This document shows, piece after piece, positions 31,982-32,000 of a DNA stretch of 32,000 bases. The stretch is from Candidatus Buchananbacteria bacterium (GTDB taxonomy: Bacteria; Patescibacteriota; Patescibacteriia; CAIXNZ01): assembly GCA_030592165.1 (NCBI GenBank), contig JAUVKC010000002.1, positions 1 through 32,000 of the forward strand. The letters run 5' to 3'. Numbering within the stretch: the first letter of the stretch is position 1; every line of letters starts with the position of its first letter. Below the pieces are notes generated by a model. That model saw only the letters and a program-made list of their open reading frames with translations. It did not search any database and was not told the DNA's origin. The position numbers and the translations under genes are program-made.

Positions 31982-32000
31982 CTTGAACCTAATACTTATT

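Noticed and set aside
1-32000. CRISPR arrays, tRNA/rRNA genes, transposases, integrases, prophage genes
   Set aside because: I scanned intergenic regions and ORF translations. I found no regularly spaced direct repeats, no cloverleaf-like GC-rich 75-nt segments, no rRNA signatures, and no DDE, tyrosine- or serine-recombinase motifs.
1-32000. Alternative genetic code (UGA as a sense codon, as in some CPR lineages)
   Set aside because: Conserved genes end at expected lengths on TGA (hydB, mutM) as well as on TAA. All housekeeping ORFs are intact under the standard code.

Overview
AT-rich (by eye about one-third GC), tightly packed bacterial chromosome segment that uses the standard genetic code. 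The short proteins and gene content fit a Patescibacteria/CPR-like fermentative organism, but this placement is inference. No rRNA, tRNA, CRISPR array, transposase or integrase was recognised.

In order, the window holds:
- The 3' end of gap.
- A scattered group 3b (sulfhydrogenase-type) [NiFe]-hydrogenase locus: beta, gamma, delta and alpha subunits, hypC-hypD-hypE, a HypF reduced to its Kae1-like domain, and a cysteine-free HypA-like gene. It is interleaved with unrelated genes: an Avd/23S-IVS-type four-helix-bundle protein, a SAM methyltransferase, a Cys-rich protein on the opposite strand, a ferredoxin-domain protein and a CNNM/CorC transporter.
- Lower glycolysis genes pgk, eno and gpmI.
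- mutM, yjbQ, a head-to-head PAP2/uppP pair, mltG and a translin-like gene.
- An accessory-looking patch: an orphan 386-aa protein, an O-methyltransferase, a small membrane protein and a Cys-rich lipoprotein of higher GC.
- rlmH.
- A roughly 1.2 kb RNA-rich, gene-poor stretch (25.2-26.4 kb): a canonical SAM-I riboswitch, a diverged tandem duplicate of it, an autonomous ~130-nt promoter-to-terminator unit and two small overlapping ORFs.
- An rplJ leader with an attenuator, then rplJ-rplL, detached from rplKA and rpoBC.
- A 758-aa membrane protein, a wHTH regulator, a half-size tsaB and a hypothetical gene.
- A promoter embedded in four co-oriented DnaA-box-like 9-mers at the right edge.

The most unusual items are:
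- the orphan tandem riboswitch region;
- the domain-minimal hydrogenase maturation set;
- a 26-nt hairpin motif shared by the hydA and rplJ leaders;
- GC-rich UUCG-loop palindromic elements, one apparently in frame inside hydB.
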